Below, piece by piece: positions 1 to 11,634 of a stretch of 64,000 nucleotides of DNA; positions within the stretch are counted from its first letter, which is position 1, and every line of letters starts with the position of its first letter. Below the pieces are notes generated by a model. That model was not told the origin of the DNA. It did no database searches and was given only the letters and a program-made list of their open reading frames with translations. Origin of the DNA: Xylographa opegraphella. Lineage: Eukaryota. The stretch covers positions 124,001-188,000 of the forward strand of contig JALDZX010000042.1 of the NCBI GenBank assembly GCA_022813865.1, written 5' to 3'. The position numbers and the translations under genes were made by a program.

Positions 1-16
1 CTGCAGCTGAACTCAC

Positions 17-274
17 CTATCTTTATTGAAGTCCTGAGTAGCCATAGAACCCGGCTCGAGGATTCTGTGCTGTTTAGGGAGGTCTTGCCGGGCGAAGCTC
101 TAGAGTAAAGTCAACACGTGTTCAACATGCTGAAAACGTGATACAGAAGAGGGTCCGGGATACCGTTTCATCATGCTTGTCGCCTAGTTTCTTGCCTGCC
201 AGTTTGCTGAGCCATTGCGATTGCTGATTGTCTCCCGTGAGACTGGAGTTGATGCCTGGGACGACAAGAGGCAT
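17..274 (-). CDS. Small conserved fungal protein, peptidase inhibitor I78-like; 3' end runs off the window
   Basis: Manual translation: exon 274-164 MPLVVPGINSSLTGDNQQSQWLSKLAGKKLGDKHDET, GT..CTAG intron 163-100, exon 99-17 SFARQDLPKQHRILEPGSMATQDFNKDR, then GTGAGT donor. The RILEPGSMATQDF..R segment resembles the I78 reactive loop. Confidence 0.75.
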
Positions 275-724
275 CTTGAATATTTGTATTCGATTTATTT
301 GACTAGAGGTCTGCTATGATTTGGGGTTTGGGGTTGACGTTGAAGCACTGGATATATAGTCGTGGGAACCAAGATATTTAGGTACTTACTCTATCAAGCC
401 GGATATGTCACGTAGCCGTAAGGTACCAAGTACCAAAGTACGAAGCTACCCGGTGATAGCTTAGCGACACTGGGTTCTCAACGAAGGCGCGATGTTCGGA
501 CTTCACGATCGAGCATTGCAACTGATTCTACAAATGACTATTTGAGCTTCTGGAATAGTACTCCTCACGACTTCTGATCATATGCCTGTTTGTCGAAGAA
601 GTGGGTCTCTGGTCTAGCATACATAGACTTGTACGAGAAACTACTTGTATTTGGTTCATGAGTTGTTACTAGTGGACTTCGACGGTGCTTCTCTCCTTTT
701 TTCTTTGTTACATGATCGAACGAA

Positions 725-1578
725 ATGTCATCGGGCTTTGTATCGGGCGGCACAGCCGATGAACCTATAGAGCGTAACGATGAATGGTTAGAAGCGCAAA
801 AAGAGCTGGAAGCTGCACGAAGACGTAAGGAGGAGGACAGTAGGCAGACTGGTGGCAAGTCACTCTATGAAGTTTTACAGCAGAACAAAGGTAAATCTGT
901 GTAGCCGAACTACGTGCTTCGTGAGGCTTGCTTGTGGACTGACACATCAGTTACCTTTATCTGACAGCTGCAAAGCAAGATGCTTTTGAAGAGTCTCTTC
1001 GACTGAAAAATCAATTTCGCAATCTCGATGAGGATGAGATTGAATTTCTGGACTCGGTGCTGGAGTCTACCAGAGCAAAGGAAGAAGCGATCAAGAAGGA
1101 GACCGCTGAGCAATTAAATCTGTTCCGACGACAGCAGGAGGATGCCGATCGTGCAATGGCGCACGAAGCGGGAGAAAAGAATGCAGATTCCATACTTCCA
1201 CAATCAGGTTCGCCAGACGATGATGATTCGCAGTGGACCGTACATCGGAAGCGGAAGCGAACTAAGGAGACCGAGATAGCGAAAGGTGTCAAATTGCGCA
1301 GGTCGTCCTCAGCGATACAGTATTTTCCGACTTCAAGAAACGAGACGCGTGTATGAAATCCTTAATTGGCTAGAATGGGGCTCCGGTTTGCTGACCTACT
1401 GCTTCAGTCTATTGAAAATGATCTGGACGGTTCCAAACAACCCAGAAAGCTCGGTACAAACTCGAATGTATCATTGGTCAAGGATTCAAACATTTATTCT
1501 AGGACAGGGAAACCTTCTGCGCAGAGCCCACGACCCAAGGTTCACAGTCTCGGCTTAGACGAATACAGCTCCGATTGA
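725..1578 (+). CDS. FAM192A/NIP30 (PSME3-interacting protein) N-terminal domain protein
   Basis: MSSGFVSGGT..EW..AQ..LE..R..KSLYEVLQQNK | intron 891-967 | AAKQDAFEESLRLKNQFRNLDEDEIEFLDSV | intron 1351-1407 | ..LGLDEYSSD*. Both introns keep the frame. Confidence 0.85.
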
Positions 1579-1991
1579 GATATCTAAATTTTCGAGTTGA
1601 CGATTGGCATTTCCTAGGAGAACTATCACAAAAAAACCGGCTCATTTCGATACTCGAAGAACGAGATGGTACAATTATTTCCACACCGATCACAGAAAGG
1701 CGACATAACAGGCCGCATACCCATACGAAGAGTACGAGCTCCTTTAGAACTGGATTCCGAAACAAAGGCAGTTGGAAAAGGCTAGATTTGAAATACCACC
1801 TTGCTGAATGCGGTCCTTGATTGCTTTCCAACGGTGAAAATTGGGACAAAGCTCTTTGACTTCGAACCACCAGAGAGGTTGAAGATCAATATAGGTAGAA
1901 ACTTGCGGCATGATCCATATTGAGTGCTGAGCAGTTCCTATCGACTGGTGCGCATTTCGTTTGGAATTTCTACGTATTCTAGAACTGGGGC

Positions 1992-4345
1992 ATGGCTTTC
2001 CGAACGCCTCTGTCAAGCGCATTGGCTTTCACTACTGTACCCGAATCTGTGTGGCAATGTTGCGACTGTCATAACACGAATGCTGTTTTTGATCATTCAG
2101 ATAGTTGCGAAGCTTGTCATGCTGTTAAATGTGCGAACTGCCTTGATGGTACTCGTTCTTCGAAGCCCTGGCAGCCAGCGACATTTTCCGAGGAGATCGC
2201 AAGATACAATGCATTCCCACCAAGAGATAACGAAATTGACGAGGTCGAAGAGGTTGGTGAGGCTGGTAATGACTTGACTGCTTCACCAAAAATCTCATCT
2301 CCTAAACTACCCAACGTTTCCAAGGTATCCAAAAAAAATAATGAAGCAAATTGCAGCAGTCACACCTCAGGCAATTCAAATAGACGTGGATCGTGTGACA
2401 AAAGAAAACCCTGACATTCATGTGCTCCGCGGTTACCAACCATTTACAACGTCCGACCTCAAGCCTGCGGTATATTATAAGAATCTGGATCTCTTTTACA
2501 AGCTGCCACAATTGCCACCTTCTAGAGTATACGAAGGGCAACAAATACATTATGGATTTAACCCAGAGCACTTGAACGCTACAGGTGCATTGTTTAAAGA
2601 AAATACGCTTCCTAACAATCTGAATAATCCTATTCATGAGATTCTTAATATAAATCATTGGACAAACACGGAAGACAGTATTTACAAAACTCTAGAGCCG
2701 GCACTGCGCTTAGCCTCCATGTTCCTTCAACAACCAGTTGCTTTTCAGGTCAGTTGACTTCAAGTTCAGAGAGTCTCGGTGTGCTCACATCAGGTTGCAG
2801 TGGTGGTGTACCGTGATGTTTGGAGAAAGGAGCCTAGACCTTGCAGCACCAGGGTTATCCGGGCTACCCGCTCAAAGGATAAAGGAACATATTCCGATAA
2901 CTAATGAGAACAGCTCTATACTCACAGAATATCTTAAATTTCTTGGAACCCATGTAGTACCGGAAGAGGGCCATATCTTTACTTTCAGATTTGCAGAGCA
3001 GAACAAATTGGACGATTTGGCGACGAATGCCTTGCAAAAACCCTGCGGAGACACTTATGGACTTTCACTTACTATACTAGATTACAAATCTACGCGAGCT
3101 ATTGGTAGATCGTGGTTGGAACACTGGTTCGTGGCAAAGCCGAAGAGAAAATATAATCGTGTTCGTGTGCTTATGCACGGCGACTTCTATATTACGGCCC
3201 GTAAATTTCGAGACACCACTAACCTCGATATTAACCATTTTCTCAGATTTAATTTCATATTTGCGGCGACTCTTTTACACGAGGTAAGTGGCTATTATTT
3301 CGAATCTCTGACAGCGCGTTGATAACTGATCTTGCCAAGATTTCCCATTGTGTGGGTTTCATAAATGCGCGTCATGGAGAGGATGATAGTCTATATATTC
3401 CGGAGCCTTTCTTGGGAAATGCACTTGAGAGGGAAAGTGGTTATAATTGGGAACGTTCCACCTTTGGTGGCCGAATTACACCAATCAATGGCGACTATTC
3501 TGGCAGGTACGGAGTCTCGATCTCGGAATGGCCCATGATAAAACAGTATGAATGAATGGCAGAGGTCCTTCCACGCGATCCGTATGGACTATATGGAGCG
3601 AATTCAACAACAAAATTACTGGAAATCGACCGCGAAATTGGTGGAAGGCGAGGATAGGTCACGCTATCTTTATGTGCCGAGGGACGGATGTGCTGTTGCT
3701 TGGAGCATGCCTCACGTTATGCCAATGAGGTTCGAAGACTTGGAGCTCGAAAGATTATGGAACCTTGCGGACGAGCAAGAGGCCGAAGAAGACCGGCTGG
3801 AGGAACTGGAGTATGCAAAAAACGACAAAATTCAGGACGAGCTGGATCGCCAAGAAGAGGAGCGGAAAGCAAATGAACAAGAGTTGATCTTAGCCAAAAA
3901 AGCTGAAGAATTGCTTGAAAGGGAGAGGAGCCGACAAGCGAAAGAGAAGCAGCGCTTGGAAGACGAAGCACGAGCTAGATACAGGGAGCTCTTTGGTGAC
4001 AATGATCCGTGGACGTACGAAAAATTACTGGAGCAGCAGGAGAAATCGAAAAGACCATCGATGCGGCTGCCAGCACGAAGGCGGGTCCCTGACAGGAGAA
4101 GCCAGAGTCCGGAAGCAGAGCGAGAAAGTATCCCGAACATTGATAATGCAGCAACCAGAGAGATAGCGCGGCTGAGAAGGGAGGAGGAGAGAAGAAAGGA
4201 TAGGGGCCCACATGACAGGATGTGGATGGACCGTGACATGGAACGTAGGGCGGTGGAAGTTTGGCAAGACCGTGCAATAAATCAACAAAGAGAGGGTGAG
4301 AGAGCGCTCTGGAGAGAGCGCGAGAATGAGCGTGAAAGAGATTGA
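1992..4345 (+). pseudogene. Uncharacterised fungal protein (CxxC Zn-ribbon, HEXXH zincin-like motif, charged C-terminus) with two apparent frameshifts
   Basis: ORFs 1992-2414, 2341-2757, 2738-3322, 3319-3555 and 3548-4345 join via introns 2749-2800 and 3284-3339 (giving ATLLHE|ISH). Frame breaks remain at the A8 run 2331-2338 and the tandem TGAA 3549-3556. Confidence 0.6.
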
Positions 4346-4677
4346 TGGCCCGACGATCTTGAACTCTCCTGAGTTCCAGAGGTTCAACCAAGGTACGCGG
4401 CAATGCCCGTAACGCTTTATTCGCAGCGCTCACGAGTGAAGGAGAGGAGATTCGTTGATCCGGGAAAGCTCTTCTGTTAAAGAGACCGCTCAGAAATCGG
4501 ACTTGGATCCAGGACTTATATGAACCCAGTACGTAGTGTTGTCATGATATGTAGCACCAATTGGTGCTGCTAAAATTAAGTAATATAGTTGAGTGGTTTG
4601 AAGGTCGATAGCTCTCTTCCCTAGATATTTATTATGTAGAGAACACTGTGATATTACAAGCCTTTTCCAGATCTGTT

Positions 4678-6033
4678 TTAACGTTTTTGCCGTGTCTCCT
4701 CAAACCCGTCCAGTACAGTCCTGGCAACTTCATCTGCTTTACCGCTGGCGTGATTTTGGTTGGACGATGATATTTCGCTACCGGCTACTGAAGCCTCCGG
4801 CTCGCTCCGCCCTTCGAGCATCTTCCTCTGCCCTTCACTGACCTTACCGTACACGGCCATCGCACTCGCGATCATCCCCCCCATATCCCCCATATTGCCT
4901 GGCACAACGACCGCCGTACCCTCTTTCGCGAGTTTCCCAAAAGCCTCCACGTATTTCTCCGCGACGCTCAGACTCACGGCCCCTTGAGCACTCTCTCTCC
5001 CTTCGCGAATGCTGCTTGCCACAGCATCAATCCCGTTCGAAGTTGCGTGAGCTTTTAACTTGATAGCCTCGGCTTCTCCCGTAGCCATGTTGATCTGCTC
5101 CCATTTCAGAGCCTCACTGGCCAAGATGACGCTCTGCTTCCTTCCTTCGGCAATGTTGATAGCCGACTGCCTTTGTCCTTCGCTGTCGAGGATCTCTGCT
5201 CGTTTGGTCCGCTCCGCCGTCACTTGGCGGTGCATGGCGGCCACCACGTCTGTCGGGGCATGGATATCCCGAATCTCGTACCGAAGGCATACCACGCCCC
5301 ACACTTGGGCGGCTTCGTTAATGGCTTGTGTGATGTTGATATTGAGGGCCGCACGCTCTTTCAGCACGTGGTCTAGGGACAACTGCCCGATTTCAGAGCG
5401 CATCGTTGTTTGCGCGAGCTGAGAGATGGCGTACTCGGCATCTTCCACACCGTAGCTAGACAGCTGTCAGCAAGTGAATACGGAAATGGAGGATTTCGAG
5501 TTAGGAGGTAAACCGTACCTGGCCTTGTAAGCGTCGAATACTCGGGTATAGAGCACGCCGTCCAGCTCGAGAGTGACATTGTCAGCTGTGATAGCGCTTT
5601 GACTAGGTATCTCGATAGCTGCTTCCTTCAGACTCTTGACGTAGGCGATACGGTCCAGAAACGGTAGTAGTACTGCGAGTCCAGGCTGTAGGATACGGTT
5701 GAACTTCCCCATACGCTCTACTATCCATGCTGTTTGTTGAGGCACGAATCGAATAATAGTGTTTGCGGGGAGGGAGGGGCGCTGAAAATATGAGGAAGGA
5801 GTCGAGGAGGAAGAGGCATTCCCGAAGAGTGAGGTGTTCGGAGCTGCAAAGTGCGTGGAAGTGGAGAGCGCCCGTCTCGAAGACTGCTTTGTGGTATGCC
5901 GAGACGGTTGTGCGGAGACGTTGCCATATAGGCAAGAGGCTCTGGCTACCGGTATTCTGGAGAGCTTCGAGGTGCGGGATTGTCGTAGAGCCGTCGAAGC
6001 TAGTCGAGCTGTTCTCACAGTGGAAAGCTCCAT
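4678..6033 (-). CDS. Stomatin-like (SPFH/band 7, SLP-2 type) mitochondrial protein
   Basis: IRFVPQQTAWIVERMGKF..IPSQSAITADNVTL..AQTTMRSEIG..LRYEIRDI..QVTAER. Intron 5518-5456. Arg/Ser-rich presequence-like N-terminus. Confidence 0.93.
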
Positions 6034-6236
6034 CTTGAGTGATTCCGAACACAATAACCAGAGTTTGAGGGTGGGTTATTGAAAAGCATCTACTCTACTC
6101 TAGACACTTTTAATAACAGGAGCAGATAGCCCTTGTCGAGTTCAGCCCTACAGCCTTGCTTGTCCCGCTGCATTGCCATCAATTTCTTGAACTTCCACTA
6201 GATTTGCTTCGTGCAAGTCATTGTCAAGTGCCCAAG

Positions 6237-7194
6237 ATGTCCGAGTACTGGAAATCTACTGTAAGTCTTTCGTGAATCGTACCAAGTATCTTTGAATCTA
6301 ACTGTTTGGTTGTAGCCTAAGTACTGGTGCAAGCACTGCAAAACCTACGTACGCGACACGAAGCTTGAGAAGCAAAATCACGATGCAACTCCCAAGCATC
6401 AGGGAAATGTCAAACGCTTTCTACGTGATCTTCACCGTGGTAACGAGCGAGATGAAAGAGAAAAACAAAGGGCCAAAGACGAAGTGGCTAGATTGAATGG
6501 TGAGCCTGGAAGCTCGAAAGGAAATGGACCGCGCGATTTTCCAAGTCGCAGGACTGCTCCAGCTGTTGCTTCCGGCGCTGGTCTGCGACAATTGACTCCT
6601 GCCGAATATCAGCAGCAGATGGCCAAATTGGCCGAGCTTGGTGTGGCAGTTCCGGACGAATACCGGAAAGAGGTAGCCATGGCAGGAGACTGGCAGGTGA
6701 TGTCTGAGACACTAGTACACGATAGAGTGAAGAAAGAAGAAGAAGATGATAATGACGTAAAGCCGAACGGCCTAAACGTGGGCATCAGGAAGAGGAAACT
6801 CGAAGGGCAGGAGGACGAGGAAGAGGCTGTCGAGCCTACTGCTAGAAGAGTCTGGGGATCTTCACTGCGTACATTTCCCGGTACCACGGACGATGACGGC
6901 GAGTTGGATGCGTTACTGAGTAAAACATCTACAAATTTGAGAGGAGAGGGCCCGGCTGGAAATACGGAGACTGGTATAATCACTCCGACCACTGACCGTG
7001 CTGTCATTGCCAGAACAGATGGATCGATCCCCCTCATTCCGCCACCGTTGAAGCAAGAGGACTCCACCAACGACCTTCTCGCTACGCTGCCACTCGCTGA
7101 CAGTGCCGGTGACGTTGTCAAGCATGAGACGGATCAGGAAGAAGCAGCTGTGCTTTTCAAGAAGCGCAGACCGAAAGCGTCACGACACAAGTGA
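6237..7194 (+). CDS. U1-type (matrin) zinc-finger protein, WBP4/FBP21-like splicing factor
   Basis: MSEYWKST | intron 6261-6315 | PKYWCKHCKTYVRDTKLEKQNHDATPKHQGNVKR, then ORF 6484-7194 ending in basic FKKRRPK. Confidence 0.85.
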
Positions 7195-7542
7195 TGTGGA
7201 TGTATCAGCTAATCGGCAGTGGTTGTGACCTGATCACATCCAGCACAATCCGTTGTACTCAGGAGCCGTCAAAGCCAGGGCTGTACAACGGCAAGACGAT
7301 TTGCCGGAACTCGGTTCGACATTGACGTGATACCGGACTTAAGAATTTCGCATCGTTCTGGAGTTAAGATGCAGCCCCACCGGACCCCACATCGCTGCAC
7401 GATGCGCATATTTATCAATCAACAACTTTTTCGCAAGCCATCTATACATCGCTTACAGCTTCTGAGAACCCCAGGCTGGCTCCATCATCCATCGTATCGT
7501 TTCTCAAGCACGCGTGTTGACGTACCGAGCTCAAAAAGCATC

Positions 7543-8734
7543 ATGAAGGAAGCAATCATCAAGAAAGGCCCGAAGGTTGAGATCGTTGACTCTCCAGTGC
7601 CAACGCCGGCTCCTGAACAGATTGTCACCAAGGTCGTTGTAGCTGGTTCGAATCCCAAGGATTGGAAGGTGCTCTCAATCTCCATGACCCTTGAGCTTTC
7701 GGAGCAACGAACGGAAGAGCTAACAGCATGGGCAGCGGGCAGAAATGGTTGAACCGTCTGTGAATCAAGGAGATGACCATGCCGGAATAGTCCACGTGGT
7801 TGGAGAGAATGTCACGGAATTTAAGCCTGGTGATCGTGTTGCTGGATTTCACCAGATGCTTGCCCCGGGTGGGAGCTATGCTGAATATGCGGTCACCTGG
7901 GAGCACTGTACCTTTCATGTACCAAAGAACACATCTTTCGAAGGTAGGCTGTATACTACAACTTTGATTACTTCTGGTTTGCTGACAATTGTGGTACTTA
8001 TTGTAGAGGCAGCCACTATCCCGCTTGCAGGCATGACAGCCGCAATGGGTCTTTACCAACGTCTCTCGTTACCTCTTCCATGGCACCCAGCGACGAAGCC
8101 TACCCCTTTGATCATTTACGGTGCTGCCTCAGCTGTTGGGTCTTTTGCCATCCAACTTGCTCAGCTGTCAAATATACACCCGCTTATATGCGTCGCTGGT
8201 CGTGGCATCAAGCATGTTGAAGGTCTTATTGACAAGAGCAAGGGTGACGTGATACTCGATTACCGGTCTGGAGATGAAAGTGTTGTGCAAGGCTTCAAGA
8301 AAGCCGTAGAACAGTATGGCAAGATAGAACACGCTTTCGATGCAGTCAGCGAAAAGGGCAGCTACATCAACATCTGCCAAGCACTCGACAAATCTGGGGC
8401 GATCACCCTTGTGTTGCCCGGGAAGAAGTACCCCGAAATCCCCGACACGGTGACACAGTCCTTGACGACTGTGGGAAGTGTTTTTGAAGACTTTGATCAG
8501 GATTCATGGCAGAAGAAGGTCGGGACAAAGACAGGCAACCAGGAATTTGGCTATGTTATGTTTAGGTTCTTCAGCCGAGGTCTCGCCCTCGGGTGGTTCA
8601 AGGGCCACCCGTATGAGGTGGTGTCTGGTGGGCTGGGTGGAGTGGAAGGCGCCTTGGCCAATCTGAAGGCGGGTAAAGCGAGTGCGGTCAAGTATGTGTT
8701 CAGACTAGCAGACACGGAGGGTGTGAAGAGCTGA
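7543..8734 (+). CDS. MDR-superfamily NAD(P)H oxidoreductase (enoyl-reductase/quinone-reductase-like)
   Basis: VAGSNPKDWK | intron 7669-7735 | G.D.AG.V..VG..VTEFKPGDRV..GSYAEYA | intron 7944-8006 | EAATIPLA..IIYGAASAVGSFAIQLA..ASAVKYVF. Confidence 0.92.
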
Positions 8735-9388
8735 GCTATCTGGGGATATCCCCAAAACATATGTGTGTCAGTCTATGATCACATATTAATAATTTGATTC
8801 ACTCGAACAGCTATCAACGTCTGCTGGTGGAGACCCTCAGATATCTTACACAAACAATACAAAATAGCCTGGGACTGCTTCGCCAGCTCTTGTGGCTTGA
8901 GCTTCTATGTGTCTGCTCCGTGCTCAATCGAAGCTCGCTCGTGGCATTAGATGTGGCCATCTGATCCAATACTACAATCTTCTGAGCCTTATATCCTTCG
9001 ACGGCCCTTGACCAACGTCCTTTCCAAATGTCGACAAACATGAGTGGTCTGATACAGTCGACCCCCAAAAAGTTGGAAAGTAGAGGACTGATGGAGAGAA
9101 TTTTGAGAACTCTTGGAATCAGTTGGAGCCACTTTCCGTGCAGTGATGAGTCTTTCAAGACTTCACTATAACAATATATACAGCAATGCCATCAGATCGA
9201 TATCATTGTGACATCTGATCGTGCCCTCACCTGAGACAAGGCTACCCCACCCTGTGTGACAGCGGTCAGTCTTGCCAGAGCACTACTTCATCTTTGACTC
9301 ACTTCTCGATTCTACACTCCATCTCTGTACACCCATTTCCTTGTTCATTTCGCACTGACCTTCCATCAAGTTCGATCCTGCAGTCATC

Positions 9389-10276
9389 ATGGATATTATC
9401 AAGACTATTTTTCCTTGCATCCCAGCTCCGCGCAAGATGGATCTCCAAACTTCTCCCATCGGAGGGCAACGCTTCGTTGCTGAGAAGCAGCCTTTCCTGC
9501 CAAACCAATCTGCAGGCTACCCCACGGAGAAGCAACCTTTGCTATCCACACAGGAAGCCTCTACTCAGATTATCACGGTTATTCTCACTTCTACAGTCAA
9601 AGGCCCTTCCCTTGACAGTCAGATCCAAGACATCGTCTACCAAGCTGGTGGCTGGCGAGAGTATGTCCTCCTCATTCTCCTCTCCCTCCTTACCTCTGGG
9701 CTTTATGGCTGATCACCAGCAGATCACTTGCAGCGTCCATCCTCTCGGCCTTCGAGCAAGCTCTCCACAAGGCGTTCGAGCTGAAGGAAGCACTAAACCC
9801 AATCATCCAAGATGCCATAACCAAAGTCATGGCAGCTGGCCGACAAATCCAAGACTTTGCAGAGTGGTTCAAGGATGAGCATCCCATCTGGACTGGAGTG
9901 ATCTTGACGCTCGTCGCCTTGGGCGTTCTCTGGCTCATCTTTCCGTATATCCTGTCCGCTCTGGGATTCGCGGAAACCGGAATCGTGAGAGGTGAGTTTT
10001 GGAAATCATCTGAGTCGGACGAAACTTCTCCTCCCCTATCAAGTCCCCTTGCTTTCGTCTGTTTGAAGCACTCACTTGCTGTCTCGCGAGCTCCTATCAC
10101 TCGCGCCGTTACACATACCATTTGGTCTACGAACTAAGAGAACAAATTTAGGCTCATGGGCTGCGCTATGGCAGTCGAGCTTTAGAGGTTTCGTGCCGAA
10201 GCGAAGTTTGTTCAGCTTTTTGCAAAGATTGGGAATGCTCATTAGAGGGGCCGCGGCGGGCGGGTCAGTAATCTGA
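9389..10276 (+). CDS. Small membrane protein with IFI6/IFI27-like C-terminal motif
   Basis: Three exons (introns approx. 9662-9722 and 9992-10151). TM segment WTGVILTLVALGVLWLIFPYILSALGF, then GIVR|GSWAALWQS..GFVPKRSLFSFLQRLGM. Confidence 0.7.
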
Positions 10277-11634
10277 ACTGTCATCTTCCATTCCATTGAG
10301 GGCAGCAGTGTGAGGCTGGGCGGAGAAAGAGCCACGGCGGAGCGGAAGGCTGTGGCCTGAAAGAACGGGAACTCGTAGTTCGAATATCCTACGTAATGCG
10401 CTACGTAGACAATCTCTCTATACGTGTCGCTTTAGCATGCACAATACCATGCACAAAGATAGAGTTCGGAGGTTGTTTCAACGGTCTCTTTTGGTTATAT
10501 AATGCCGAACGTGTTCGTTGAAGGGGCGGGGTGGTAAGCCTACATCGAAGACGTAAGTTGCATCGAGCCGGGCTGTGCGGCTATCAAAAAGAGCTTGGGA
10601 ATTTATATATCATATATCACTTGCGCACCGACGTTGATTCCCAACTTCACCTCGTGCTGTATTTGATAGCTAGAGTAAGTGGCCAATCTACCTCACCAGT
10701 AGAAGCTACTTGAAACTTGTACGATACTGGTCATATGGTCGCCCTTACATCTTCATCGAGCAGACAATTTGCTGGCATACAGGACACTTGATATACCACT
10801 GTTCTGATTTCGCTCCGTTCTGCTCGCTTCGATGATCTTGATTGCGCTGAAATAAGTTTCTACTCGTCAATGTGGTATTCCTTTCCTCAGCCACAAGTAT
10901 TTGTGGTCAAAACACGTCCGTTGGGATTTCCACCGAGTTCATCATTCCATGTGGCGATACTTCCCGCTGTATCATCGTGTCCCGACTGTCAGATAGTCTG
11001 AGAGGTCGATGTCTCCAAGGTGGATCTCTCAATTACTCGGCATGCTTGTACCGCAAACCGTAATTGTGACCTCTCTCCAATGATGTTGATGTTGAACACA
11101 TTAAGTGTTCCCGTGGAATATTTCCGAAAACTTTCCTTTACTAGATAGTGAGCGGGCCACGGCTTTACTTGTGTTTCTGGATCAGATCAGATATGTCTGG
11201 AGGCACTGTCCATGGGGCGTTTAATATTGCATTTGCTCTGTTACGACTGCAGATAATGTTGCTTCTGTTCTAATACGACCCGTTGCTGACAGAAGGCTTG
11301 GGGTTCGGCTTTGTCATTTTGCTGACTTGAATAAGAACGAATCAATGAAAATGCATTTTTTCCAGAGTGTACTCTGGAGTGGATCTATCGCGTGCCCTGT
11401 ATGCTGGTGGGCAGTGATGGAAGATCCCTGTTACTTCACAGAAGCATTGGTCGACCGGGAATAGAGCTTAATCATATGGGGAAAGGAGCGACCGTTGTAC
11501 ATTCAGATTTGTAGGTTATACGTTACATGCAAGTGAGGAATATGTTTTTTAGAAAAATACAATGTCTGTACTAGAATAGTCTACATGTCTTGAGGATTTC
11601 TAATGATCTTCGTTCTTTGTGCTTCTCTAAGGCT

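Noticed and set aside
8814..9158. 114-aa minus-strand ORF between the MDR and IFI27-like genes
   Set aside because: Non-ATG start, no recognisable motif, no splice support.
10300..11600. Possible decayed gene remnants in a long spacer
   Set aside because: Only short interrupted frames; no family recognisable without a search.
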